DNA from: an uncultured Eubacteriales bacterium
Lineage (GTDB): Bacteria > Bacillota > Clostridia > Oscillospirales > CAG-272
Length of the DNA stretch: 64,000 nucleotides
Direction of reading: 5' to 3'
NCBI GenBank assembly: GCA_902491535.1
Contig: CABUHS010000007.1
Span: 17,743-81,742, forward strand
Under the pieces are notes generated by a model, which saw only the letters and a list, made by a program, of their open reading frames with translations, made no database searches and was not told where the DNA came from. The position numbers and the translations under genes were made by a program. Positions 38,561 to 47,372 of the stretch are shown piece by piece (positions within the stretch are counted from its first letter, which is position 1; each line of letters starts with the position of its first letter).

Positions 38561-40573
38561 TCACTCCCCTCTGTCTGTTATTTCAAGCGTACGTATCTCC
38601 CTGTATGCGTTTTTCTTTACTACATGAATATATACCGTCTCGATCAGAACAAATGCAGCCATCGCGATTCCGGAAATTACGGCAACTGAAAGCATCGATG
38701 TTCCGGAAGGAAGTCTTGTCAAAGAAGTAAACATAGTATATATCGCCGCGGCACTGCTGATAACCGCGACAGACAGCACAAGAGAAAAGAAAGTGTTTAT
38801 CTGCACTCCGACCGAGCGGCACAGAGATTCTGTATCACTGCCGAGCATGAGCAGGGCTATATATCTGTGCTTGCTCTGCCGCTGGCTTATCAGATACTTA
38901 AGCCCGATAACCGTATTTGATATCAGAAGAAACAGCACTCCGAGATATACGGTCAGATAACCTGCCGATACGGAATAAAATAAATTTCTTCCTATACCTT
39001 TAAGATAACTTTCATATTCGAAGCCTGATACGTCAAGCACACTGCTGACCTGCTGTATCGACTGCATAAGTCCTTTTTCCGATGTAAGATCATCATCGAG
39101 AAAAACATTAACACAAAACGGTTCATCATATTTTGCAAATTTCTCATATATATTATCAGGAACAATCAGCGCCGTATACAGCGTAATAGCACGGTCAGCT
39201 ACAATATTGTCGCTGTAAAGCTTTTCACAGGTTTCATATGAAACTCCGCCGAAGCCTATATGAACATCCGACCGCAATATCTTCTGTAAAACGCCGTAAT
39301 ATTCTGTAGAGTCGCGTAAAGCCGAAGTATAAAGCGCAATTTTCCCGCCGTCAAGAGATACCTTATCCCCTCCCGACGACTCTGCCATACGGTTGTATGA
39401 ACTTTCCGAAATTATATGATCGGTGTGAAAACTCGATGCAAAACCCAAAGTCTCATCAGAAGCTTTTAAAATATCGGTAATTTCAGAAAAGTCGATCGGT
39501 TCGTCGGTAAGCGACAGCTGCATCGGATAGACATCTTTTACCGTCTCTTTTATACCGTCACGTTCAAAATACTCCAAAATATCTCTTTCATCTCCGAACA
39601 CCGAAAAATCCACCGAGCGGCTCGCTGTAGTACGGCCAAACCCCATAGAAATCCCATATGACACACATGCAAGGGCAATAAGCAAGAGAAGCGACGACAC
39701 GGAAAGCGCGCGGTATTGACCTATAACATTCTCCTGAATTTGTCTTCCGGTAAATGTAGAAAGTCCGACAGTATCCGCACTCTTTTTGCGTATACGTCTG
39801 CCAAGAAACCCGCCGAATCCCTTATACAGAAGAAATGTTCCCGCGGCTCCGCATATCAAAAGTCCTGCAAATACCGCAAGATCAAGAGTTCTCATGCGGA
39901 ATATCCCGAGATAATATGCAATAAGCAGAAGAGCTGCTCCGATGAAGAAATAAACCGAACTCTTTACCGACGACATGTCCGTCTGCTTTCCCGCTGCACC
40001 CGAGGAAATAAGGTCTGCCGGCTCCGCCTTCATAAGCGGAATACTTATAAGCAGCATTGTAACGAGCTGGACGAGAACATATCCGCATACGGTCATTAAG
40101 ACAGCATATGTCGAAAACGTAAAACTATGTCCTATAATTCCGAGTCCGACAAATTTAGCGGTTACGAGACTTACCGCCTCTGTAAGAAGAAGCGCAGACG
40201 GAATTCCTATAAACAGCGATATCAGGCTATTCCAAAGTGTCTCACAAAGCAGCATGAAAAACAGTCTTGATCGCTTCATACCGAGCATAAGATACATTCC
40301 GAGTTCTCTGCGGCGGCTGTCCGTCTGATAGCGGCAGGCAAAGAAAACAAGGAAAAATACAAAGAAAAGCGACATGCAGTACACAGCACGGAGAAGCATC
40401 AAAAGCTTATTTACCGCATCGCTTTCAATTTCTGCAAGAAATATCATAACATCCTGCTTGCCGAGCGAAAGCAGAGTATAAAATGCGATAACGGCAATCA
40501 CAAGAGATCCGAAGAAAATTCCGTTTCCTTTCCGGTTTTTGGCGGCATTCCGCCACACCTGTTTAAAGAACAT
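38561..40573 (-). CDS. FtsX-family ABC permease with a large extracellular domain (BceB-like)
   Basis: 670 aa in the typical 10-TM BceB layout, with an extracellular domain of about 200 aa between the TM blocks. Confidence 0.85.
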   Translation of the reverse strand: MFFKQVWRNAAKNRKGNGIFFGSLVIAVIAFYTLLSLGKQDVMIFLAEIESDAVNKLLMLLRAVYCMSLFFVFFLVFFACRYQTDSRRRELGMYLMLGMKRSRLFFMLLCETLWNSLISLFIGIPSALLLTEAVSLVTAKFVGLGIIGHSFTFSTYAVLMTVCGYVLVQLVTMLLISIPLMKAEPADLISSGAAGKQTDMSSVKSSVYFFIGAALLLIAYYLGIFRMRTLDLAVFAGLLICGAAGTFLLYKGFGGFLGRRIRKKSADTVGLSTFTGRQIQENVIGQYRALSVSSLLLLIALACVSYGISMGFGRTTASRSVDFSVFGDERDILEYFERDGIKETVKDVYPMQLSLTDEPIDFSEITDILKASDETLGFASSFHTDHIISESSYNRMAESSGGDKVSLDGGKIALYTSALRDSTEYYGVLQKILRSDVHIGFGGVSYETCEKLYSDNIVADRAITLYTALIVPDNIYEKFAKYDEPFCVNVFLDDDLTSEKGLMQSIQQVSSVLDVSGFEYESYLKGIGRNLFYSVSAGYLTVYLGVLFLLISNTVIGLKYLISQRQSKHRYIALLMLGSDTESLCRSVGVQINTFFSLVLSVAVISSAAAIYTMFTSLTRLPSGTSMLSVAVISGIAMAAFVLIETVYIHVVKKNAYREIRTLEITDRGE

Positions 40574-41345
40574 TTTCGCTTCCTCCTCCCATGCATGCCG
40601 TCACATTAAGGATTCTTTCGTAAAATGCCCCGGTAGTTTCATTTCCCGTATCACGGCGAAGCTCATGAAAAATAACGCCGTCCTTTATAAATAAAATACG
40701 TGAACAATAGCTCGCTGCACCGGCATCATGCGTTACCATTATTACCGTTTTACGGCGCGCTATGTTTATCTCGGAAAGCTTGTCCATAAGAATTTTCGAA
40801 TTACGGCTGTCAAGCGCTCCGGTCGGCTCATCGGCAAGCACAAGTTCGGGATCAGATATAAGAGCGCGCGCCGCTGCCGCCCGCTGCTTTTGACCTCCTG
40901 AAAGCTGAGACGGAAATTTATCAAGAGTATCAGCGATATCAAGCAGTTCAGACAGCATGCGCAGATCACTTTCAGCGCTTCGTTCGCTTATTCCGTGAAG
41001 AGCGAGCGGAAGACAGATATTTTCGCGCACAGTGAGATTATCAAGCAGTTCAAACGACTGAAAAAGATATCCTATCTCTTTGCCGCGGTATCCGGCAAGC
41101 TTTGCTCCGTCAAAGCCCGAAATATCCTGTCCGCGAAGTATTATCCGCCCGGAAGTCGGTCTTATCATAGTTGCGATACAGTTAAGAAGGGTTGTTTTTC
41201 CGGAACCGCTCGCTCCCATAATTCCGAGAAATTCGCCTTCAAGTACATCAAAGCTGACGCCGCGAAGTGCCTTCGTCTCCGTACTTCCCTTACCGTATGT
41301 TTTGGTAAGACTCTCAACCTTTAAAATACGATCTGAATTATTCAT
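40563..41345 (-). CDS. ABC transporter ATP-binding protein (BceA-like)
   Basis: Walker A GASGSGKTT, signature LSGGQKQR and Walker B LVLADEPTGALD. Confidence 0.9.
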   Translation of the reverse strand: MNNSDRILKVESLTKTYGKGSTETKALRGVSFDVLEGEFLGIMGASGSGKTTLLNCIATMIRPTSGRIILRGQDISGFDGAKLAGYRGKEIGYLFQSFELLDNLTVRENICLPLALHGISERSAESDLRMLSELLDIADTLDKFPSQLSGGQKQRAAAARALISDPELVLADEPTGALDSRNSKILMDKLSEINIARRKTVIMVTHDAGAASYCSRILFIKDGVIFHELRRDTGNETTGAFYERILNVTACMGGGSENVL

Positions 41346-41404
41346 AAAAAACCTCCTGAAGTTTTCTCTGATAACATTGTATCAGATCGCAATATTAAAT
41401 ACCA

Positions 41405-41421
41405 CTTACAGTCGCTGTAAG
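41405..41421. promoter_or_regulatory. perfect palindrome CTTACAG-tcg-CTGTAAG abutting the weak -35 of the bceA-like promoter (candidate response-regulator box)
   Basis: The minus-strand -10 TACAAT is at 41376-41381, with a poor -35 (TGGTAT) at 41399-41404. The palindrome lies immediately upstream, the geometry expected for OmpR-type activation. Confidence 0.4.
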
Positions 41422-41506
41422 GTTAACGTGAAACAATTCTTTCGTAAAAGCTTTTATCCACTCTATAATGTTATTCTACCACATAAAAAAGAAAAATTCC
41501 ATAGGA

Positions 41507-42238
41507 TCAGGCAATATCATTTAATACAGCCGCTAAGTCAGAGGTATCACGTTCCTGAAGCCGGCGCATTTTCAACCATGTTATAAATCCGTATATATCG
41601 TTCAGAAGAAACGTAACAAAGCAAACTGTCACAGAAAGATATGAAATATCCTCTGACACAGCCATCGACCATAAAATTATAAGGACAATATCATTAGCGG
41701 CATATGCAAGCGCAAAAAACGCACTGCGTCTGAATGTAAGATACGCCGCTATAAAGCTTGTTGCAACAGACACCGTACTCACAATAAGATTTGCCGTATC
41801 AAAATATTTCAGAATAAAATAGAATACGACCGTTACAGCCGTTGTCAGAATAAAAGCAAATACTGTCTCACAAACGGACAGGCGATTTATCTTAACCTTA
41901 AAATTATCGTCTCTGGACGGATTTCGGATCCACGATATAAGGGCAAATACCGCCATCGGCGCTGTCATTCCGAGATATGTTATCATCTCGCCGTAATATG
42001 CGCAGGTATACGAAATGATACCGTACATAATACTGAAGCATATTATAAGCACCTGTCCGAAAGGATTTCCGCGTGCATTAAAAATAAGAGAAGTACTTCC
42101 CACAAGTGAAGCGGCAAGAGCAAAAGTACTTCCTCCTCCGAAAATAAGCCGCGACGCAATTATAAGTATAACGGATGCGCTCCATATCGCAATGTCTGTG
42201 GCAGAAAAGCCTTTAAAAAATTTGATTTTTTTCTTCAT
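41507..42238 (-). CDS. pnuC: nicotinamide riboside (Pnu-family) transporter
   Basis: 243 aa with about 7 TM helices and a PnuC-like sequence (SLIFNARGNPFGQ...ISWIRNP). Substrate specificity within the Pnu family is not certain. Confidence 0.7.
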   Translation of the reverse strand: MKKKIKFFKGFSATDIAIWSASVILIIASRLIFGGGSTFALAASLVGSTSLIFNARGNPFGQVLIICFSIMYGIISYTCAYYGEMITYLGMTAPMAVFALISWIRNPSRDDNFKVKINRLSVCETVFAFILTTAVTVVFYFILKYFDTANLIVSTVSVATSFIAAYLTFRRSAFFALAYAANDIVLIILWSMAVSEDISYLSVTVCFVTFLLNDIYGFITWLKMRRLQERDTSDLAAVLNDIA

Positions 42239-42367
42239 TATGACAGTTCCTTTCCTGCAAAGCTGAAATTCAGTATTGATCTCGGCCGTACCGAAATAAC
42301 GTTATTCCGAGCGTCAAAGTACAAAACTTCTGTCCGAAAATTTATTTTCAGGTTTTACTGCCCGCTC

Positions 42368-42424
42368 AAAAAAACAAGCACCCGCATACACATCTTCAAA
42401 GACCTAACGATGTGTACCGAATGC
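42368..42424 (-). terminator. strong intrinsic terminator inside the pnuC 5' leader (attenuator candidate)
   Basis: On the minus strand, gcattcggtacacatc...gatgtgtatgcgggtgc is followed by ttgttttttt. It lies about 85 nt after the predicted TSS and about 130 nt before the pnuC ATG. Confidence 0.45.
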
Positions 42425-42456
42425 TAAGCATCTTACTACCCGGTGGCAGTGTTTTT

Positions 42457-42485
42457 ATTGTACCATATCAAGAGACAAAAATCAA
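42457..42485 (-). promoter_or_regulatory. promoter of the pnuC leader
   Basis: Minus strand reads TTGATT, 17 nt, TACAAT. Confidence 0.4.
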
Positions 42486-42537
42486 TAATAAATTTATATA
42501 AAAATAATCTGTCCGCCGAAAATATCGCCATATCATA

Positions 42538-42566
42538 TTGACGCAAAGCAAAAGATATGTTAGAAT
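42538..42566 (+). promoter_or_regulatory. promoter of the Nudix gene
   Basis: TTGACG, 17 nt, TAGAAT. Confidence 0.5.
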
Positions 42567-42596
42567 AAACGACCAATACAAGAAGAAAGGTAAAAA

Positions 42597-43118
42597 ATGA
42601 AACTTCTTTTTGAAATAGACACAAAAGACTATAATCCCGACGGAAAAGCATTCGTAAGACCGTCTGTGCGCAGTATCATAATAAAAAACGGAAAAGTAGC
42701 TATGGTACACAGTCTGAAATACGACTATTACAAATTCCCGGGCGGCGGAATTGAGAAGGGTGAAAGCCATGAAGAAGCTTTAATACGGGAAACCTCAGAA
42801 GAAGCCGGGCTTTCGGTTATTCCGTGTACTATTACTGAATACGGATATGTTCACAGAATCCAGAAAAGCCACACATCTGATGATATATTCATTCAGGATA
42901 ATTATTACTACTTTTGCAGTACCAAGCAAAAGATACATTCTCAAAATTTAGACGACTACGAATCAGAAGAACATTTTACTTTGGAATGGATAGATCCTGC
43001 GACCGCAATCGAAATAAACAGAAAATCAGATCACGGCCCGAAAGATAAAAATATGATCGAACGCGAAGCCAAAGTGCTGGAATGCCTGATTGCAGATAAA
43101 TATCTGAGTGCTGACTGA
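42597..43118 (+). CDS. Nudix hydrolase
   Basis: Nudix box GGGIEKGESHEEALIRETSEEAGL. Confidence 0.85.
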   Translation: MKLLFEIDTKDYNPDGKAFVRPSVRSIIIKNGKVAMVHSLKYDYYKFPGGGIEKGESHEEALIRETSEEAGLSVIPCTITEYGYVHRIQKSHTSDDIFIQDNYYYFCSTKQKIHSQNLDDYESEEHFTLEWIDPATAIEINRKSDHGPKDKNMIEREAKVLECLIADKYLSAD

Positions 43119-43134
43119 CTATTGTAACATTATA

Positions 43135-43182
43135 AAAAGCAAAGCGATAACCGTATCTTCTTAATCGGTTATCGCTTTTTAT
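43135..43182. terminator. intrinsic terminator between convergent genes
   Basis: 13-bp stem aaagcgataaccg / cggttatcgcttt followed by a T-run. Confidence 0.75.
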
Positions 43183-43223
43183 AATATACCGTAAACGGAC
43201 AATATTTTTTAGTGATATATCAT

Positions 43224-43877
43224 TCAGCAGTCACTGTCACAGTGCAGAACTGCATTATCCGCCAGTCTGTCCGGCATATATATCATACTATCGCTTTCGG
43301 TAAGCTCTCTTATTACTCTGCACGGAACACCTGCGGCAAAGCTTCCCTCCGGAATATCGCGTGTTACAACGCTGCCTGCACCTATTACACAGTTATCACC
43401 GATCGTAACACCGGGGCAAACCGTAACTGATGCGCCAAGCCAGCAATTATTTCCGATGTGAACCGGTTTTGCATAACAAAGATGCTTCTTTTCTCCATTT
43501 GCGGTCAGCATCTCCCGGCGCTCATCGGGCAGCATAGGATGAACGGGCGTTACAATTGTCACATTCGGTCCGAAATCGCAATAATCTCCGATAGTGACCT
43601 CTGCATCATCCTGAATAGTCAGATTAAAGTTACCGAAAAATTTTTTGCCTATTTTTGTATGCTTTCCGTAATGGAAAAAAATCGGTCCCTGCAAAACGCT
43701 TCCTTCGCCTAACTTTCCGATTATCTCAGAAAGAATTTCCGCACGCCTTTCGCTCTCATTCTCATAGGTACGATTATAATCTATATTTAAATTATGCGTC
43801 TTCAGCTTAATTGCCTTCAACTCAGGATCAGCAGGACTGAACAAAATTCCCTCTCTGATTTTTTCCTCTTCGCACAT
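43224..43877 (-). CDS. sugar O-acetyltransferase (maltose/galactoside acetyltransferase family, hexapeptide repeats)
   Basis: N-terminal Mac domain plus left-handed beta-helix repeats (IGNNCWLGASVTVCPGVTIGDNCVIGAGSVV). Confidence 0.85.
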   Translation of the reverse strand: MCEEEKIREGILFSPADPELKAIKLKTHNLNIDYNRTYENESERRAEILSEIIGKLGEGSVLQGPIFFHYGKHTKIGKKFFGNFNLTIQDDAEVTIGDYCDFGPNVTIVTPVHPMLPDERREMLTANGEKKHLCYAKPVHIGNNCWLGASVTVCPGVTIGDNCVIGAGSVVTRDIPEGSFAAGVPCRVIRELTESDSMIYMPDRLADNAVLHCDSDC

Positions 43878-43969
43878 AGTAAAATCCCCCTGTTTAAGCG
43901 GTATCGTTATTTAATCATAATTATAAGTGATTTTTATGAGGAAATCAAGATATACGGCAAAATCAGTTT

Positions 43970-44137
43970 TCATAATCTGTGTAAATAAATTCTGTCACAT
44001 ACTTTACATTGATCGGCATTTTCTGTTTGCATTTCTGATAATACAGGGTGGAGTGATTCTTTCTGTTCTTCTCCGCGTATCTTTTTGCCGCATACCGGAC
44101 AGATAAGCAGATCTTTTTCCGTCTCCGCGCCTCTCAT
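43970..44137 (-). CDS. 55-aa zinc-ribbon-like small ORF translationally coupled to the sirtuin gene (below ORF-track cutoff)
   Basis: Its ATG (44135-44137) overlaps the TAA of the sirtuin gene (TAATG). Translation: MRGAETEKDLLICPVCGKKIRGEEQKESLHPVLSEMQTENADQCKVCDRIYLHRL, with CPVC...CKVC pairs. No independent SD. Confidence 0.35.
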   Translation of the reverse strand: MRGAETEKDLLICPVCGKKIRGEEQKESLHPVLSEMQTENADQCKVCDRIYLHRL

Positions 44138-45006
44138 TATTTTAAGGCTACCAGGACCTTTTCTATATCACCGTCAATGCAAACCGACTGTTTTTCGATT
44201 TCTTTAGGATAAACGGTCTGACCGAGATTTACGCACGCATAAACTGCTTTCGGATTTTTTTCTGTCATCTGCCAGAACGGATATTTAATAATAACCGGAG
44301 TATTATAGCCTACGCCGAGTTCCAAAAACAGAATGTGCAGATCCTTGTGACGGCGGATAAAATCGCCGCAACGGTCTGCTGCGGCATACCATCCCTCATC
44401 CTGCACGAATTTGTCATCGCACCGCAGGTTCATCGTCATCGGCGCACCGCATACAGGACATTTAGGAATAAGCTCCGTCGGAATTTTCATATTCTTTTGC
44501 TCAATGGTCATCTGACGAACTTTTATTTCATTGTCATAGGTTTTATCGTGACAGGCCTCCGAACATTGCCACAGGCCGTAATCCCCCTGCGTATAAAACA
44601 GCCTCTTTTTATCAAAGCCGGCAAGCTGAAACTGATGGTCTACATTAGTAGTAAGAACAAAGTAGTCCTTATCTCTCACAAGCTCCAATAATGCCGCATA
44701 CGGCTTACCAACGGTGACATCATAGCGGTTTATCAGAATGTGCCTCGACCACCACGCCCAGTATTCTTCTAAACTGTCATACGGATAAAAACCGCCCGAA
44801 TACATATCGGTAATACCGTATTTCTGATGAAAGTCGGAAAAGTATTTTTCAAAGCGTTCTCCGCTGTATGCCATTCCCGCTGAAGCAGATAGTCCTGCGC
44901 CTGCGCCGATCAAAATACAGTCGGCGGTTTCTATCTCCCTTTTCAGCCGTTCGATCTTATCCAAGCAGGCTTCTGTAGATTTCATAATCGGTATCTTTGA
45001 AAACAT
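44137..45006 (-). CDS. SIR2-family protein of the macrodomain-linked (SirTM) class
   Basis: Motifs ILIGAGAGLSASAG and LTTNVDHQF, and a zinc-ribbon module (CPVCGAP). It overlaps the upstream macrodomain gene by 50 nt. Confidence 0.8.
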   Translation of the reverse strand: MFSKIPIMKSTEACLDKIERLKREIETADCILIGAGAGLSASAGMAYSGERFEKYFSDFHQKYGITDMYSGGFYPYDSLEEYWAWWSRHILINRYDVTVGKPYAALLELVRDKDYFVLTTNVDHQFQLAGFDKKRLFYTQGDYGLWQCSEACHDKTYDNEIKVRQMTIEQKNMKIPTELIPKCPVCGAPMTMNLRCDDKFVQDEGWYAAADRCGDFIRRHKDLHILFLELGVGYNTPVIIKYPFWQMTEKNPKAVYACVNLGQTVYPKEIEKQSVCIDGDIEKVLVALK

Positions 45007-45730
45007 TGAATATCACCTTGATTTTGCTTTGGTTTTTCGCTGTAAATTCCTTTACAGTGCGTATTGCAATTTCCGCCGCTTTACCGTTCGGAAAATGAAA
45101 CTCGCCCGTAGATATGCAGCAAAACGCAATACTGTCTATTCTGTTTTGTTCTGCAAGCTCCATGCATGAACGGTAACAGGAAGCAAGCTGCATTTTATCC
45201 GTTTCAGTCAGTCTGCCGTGAACAATCGGACCTACCGTGTGCAGCACATACCGGCAAGGGAGATTAAAAGCGGGCGTTATTTTTGCTCTGCCCGTTTCTT
45301 CCCCACACCCTTGCTTTTTCATAAGCTCCGAGCAGGCAAGACGAAGCTGAACGCCGGAAAAAGTGTGAATGGCGTTATCAATACAACCGTGACAGGGACA
45401 GAAGCAGCCGAGCATCTGCGAGTTGGCAGCATTAACGATTGCGCCGCATCGGAGCGTAGTAATATCGCCCTGCCAAAGGTAGATACCGCCATATAACGGA
45501 GTTAGATCCACAATGTCAGTGATTCCCTTTTGCGCAATTTCCCTCTGCAAGTACCCGTCTTGTATTTGCAAAAATTCCGCCGATACAGGGCCCGGCATAC
45601 GGATATTAAAAAGCGAGCGGAGCAATTTTTTCTGTCTCTGACTGTCTTCCGGAATTGCTATATCTACATATTCCGGCTGCTCCCGTAACAGCTCTTTGAT
45701 TAAATAAATCCGTTTTTCATCATGTGTCAT
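44957..45730 (-). CDS. macrodomain protein (ADP-ribose / O-acetyl-ADP-ribose hydrolase type)
   Basis: Motifs GDITTLRCGAIVNAANS and CISTGEFHFP. The start is set at the ATG at 45728-45730, which has a GGGAGAA RBS. The ORF track extends to 45766. Confidence 0.85.
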   Translation of the reverse strand: MTHDEKRIYLIKELLREQPEYVDIAIPEDSQRQKKLLRSLFNIRMPGPVSAEFLQIQDGYLQREIAQKGITDIVDLTPLYGGIYLWQGDITTLRCGAIVNAANSQMLGCFCPCHGCIDNAIHTFSGVQLRLACSELMKKQGCGEETGRAKITPAFNLPCRYVLHTVGPIVHGRLTETDKMQLASCYRSCMELAEQNRIDSIAFCCISTGEFHFPNGKAAEIAIRTVKEFTAKNQSKIKVIFNVFKDTDYEIYRSLLG

Positions 45731-45830
45731 TTTTATTTCTCCCGAGCAGCTGCTTTTCGCGGACAAACACTCCTTTACCTTAAAACCGAGACTATCGTTA
45801 CGACAGCCCCGGTTTACTTTGTATACCTAT

Positions 45831-46628
45831 TTAAGCAAAGAAGAATCCTGCCGTCATATCGAGATAATTCTGACCGCTGTACTGCGGATACTTTTTGCCA
45901 ACTTCCGTTTTGAATTCGTCTGCATTTTTGCAGTCCGCTGCAATCTTTTTGAGGTTTTCCAGATAGCCGATCTTTGTCTGTGCGTCTTTCAAATCCTCCG
46001 GGGTATAGTGCGAGGTGAGGATCAGATCATAGCCTTTTTCAATATAGCTGCGAAGCTCTGCGATCATAGCGTCGGCGTGTCCTGCGCCTGCAACGATGGA
46101 GTGGCAGTCATGGCCCAGCATATGAGTGTAAACGGCATTGATTTCTGGTATCTCCACATCGAATGCTTCATTTGTTTGCTTAATTACAAAATCAATACCG
46201 CCTATCGTTATTTTACCTGCTTCAATGACATTTGTAATCTTATGAACAGAATTGTCGAAAATTTCACCGAATACGCCGGTAAAGTTATCGATCAGAGCCT
46301 TTCCGCCGCCGTTTTCAGAGTATTCCTTTGCATTCTGTGTTGCATATTTCGGAACATCGGGAAGGAATGTTGCTCCTGCACCGTGGTAAGCAACGAGCAT
46401 TCCCTCAACCGTGACATCTTTCAGGTATTCGTCAAGCTCCTTGTTGTTGTCAAAGAAACACGGGGATTCAATGACAACAGCCTTGCCGTTCTTTTCAACG
46501 ATGAACACTTCATCGTCAATGAAATCGTTTGTTTTATATGCGTGCAGTTTAACAGTACCGAAATCGTAAATGTTCATTTCGCCTTTTGCAAGTTTTACGG
46601 TAGTAAATGTATTCTTATTCATGATCAA
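45831..46628 (-). CDS. hypothetical protein, possibly a degenerate metallo-beta-lactamase fold
   Basis: 265-aa ORF with His-rich segments (AYHGAGA, THMLGHDCHS, TSHYTP), divergent from an HxlR regulator. The fold assignment is tentative. Confidence 0.4.
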   Translation of the reverse strand: MIMNKNTFTTVKLAKGEMNIYDFGTVKLHAYKTNDFIDDEVFIVEKNGKAVVIESPCFFDNNKELDEYLKDVTVEGMLVAYHGAGATFLPDVPKYATQNAKEYSENGGGKALIDNFTGVFGEIFDNSVHKITNVIEAGKITIGGIDFVIKQTNEAFDVEIPEINAVYTHMLGHDCHSIVAGAGHADAMIAELRSYIEKGYDLILTSHYTPEDLKDAQTKIGYLENLKKIAADCKNADEFKTEVGKKYPQYSGQNYLDMTAGFFFA

Positions 46629-46748
46629 ATTCTCCTTACTGTGTTTTTTATTTTCCGATATTGAACTTCGGATCGGCCGCTGTCCTCAGCTCTTGTCTAT
46701 ATTATAATCAAGCAAATTTCGGTTGTAAAGTATGCACTTTATTGTGCT

Positions 46749-46792
46749 ATAGTTACCGACAGGAAACTCTTGGATAGTTACCGTATGGAAAC
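46749..46792. repeat. two 19-nt direct repeats (atagttaccgNNNggaaac), 25-nt period, in the divergent intergenic region
   Basis: Copies at 46749-46767 and 46774-46792 are identical at 16 of 19 positions. They are a candidate operator for the adjacent HxlR regulator. Confidence 0.5.
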
Positions 46793-46871
46793 AAATGCGT
46801 AACGACGGACTTTTTCAGCATTTTTAGTAAATAAAAAAATTTTTAACTTTTTTTATTTAACCTCAGAAACA

Positions 46872-46900
46872 TTGACTCAAAACAAGCTGTATGGTATAAT
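46872..46900 (+). promoter_or_regulatory. promoter of the HxlR-family gene
   Basis: TTGACT, 17 nt, TATAAT. Confidence 0.5.
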
Positions 46901-46943
46901 AAGGATAAAAGTATCGTTTAGAAACCAATGGGAGATATCATTC

Positions 46944-47279
46944 ATGAAAGAACAAAATACAACAAAGGATTTGCCCGCTTGTCCTGTCGAAACAACACTT
47001 ATGTTGATCGGAGATAAATGGAAAGTCTTGATTCTTCGGGATTTAATGCCGGGTACAAAGCGTTTCGGAGAGCTGAAAAAATCGATCGGAAGCGTATCAC
47101 AAAAGGTACTGACCGCACAGCTTCGCGATATGGAAGAAAACGGACTTGTGATCCGTCAGGTATATGCAGAAGTTCCGCCAAGGGTAGAATATTCATTAAC
47201 CGAACTCGGAAAAAGCCTGAAACCCATTCTTGATTCCATGCAAAATTGGGGCGAGGGGTATAAAGCTTCTATACGATAG
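46944..47279 (+). CDS. HxlR-family winged-helix transcriptional regulator
   Basis: CPVETTLMLIGDKWKVLILRDL...RFGELKKSI..VSQKVLTAQLRDMEENGLV.R. The start is set at MKEQNT. The ORF track extends to 46872. Confidence 0.85.
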   Translation: MKEQNTTKDLPACPVETTLMLIGDKWKVLILRDLMPGTKRFGELKKSIGSVSQKVLTAQLRDMEENGLVIRQVYAEVPPRVEYSLTELGKSLKPILDSMQNWGEGYKASIR

Positions 47280-47299
47280 AATAGGATCCTTGTTGTTTC

Positions 47300-47340
47300 A
47301 AAATAAAAATCCATCTGTTACGCAGATGGATTTTTATTTT
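47300..47340. terminator. bidirectional terminator
   Basis: Stem atccatctg / cagatggat with A-run and T-run flanks. Confidence 0.75.
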
Positions 47341-47372
47341 ATATGAAATTTATTTATCTTATAGATAATTAA

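Noticed and set aside
41421-41436. parS-like sequence (ggttaacgtgaaaca)
   Set aside because: It matches the 16-bp parS consensus at only about 13 positions, with one perfect half-site. It lies in the bceA promoter region, far from the ParAB genes, so it is probably a chance match.
42239-42440. TPP riboswitch upstream of the Pnu-family transporter
   Set aside because: GGGTGC and AACCTGA-like strings occur, but the CTGAGA core and the P2/P3 pairing are missing.
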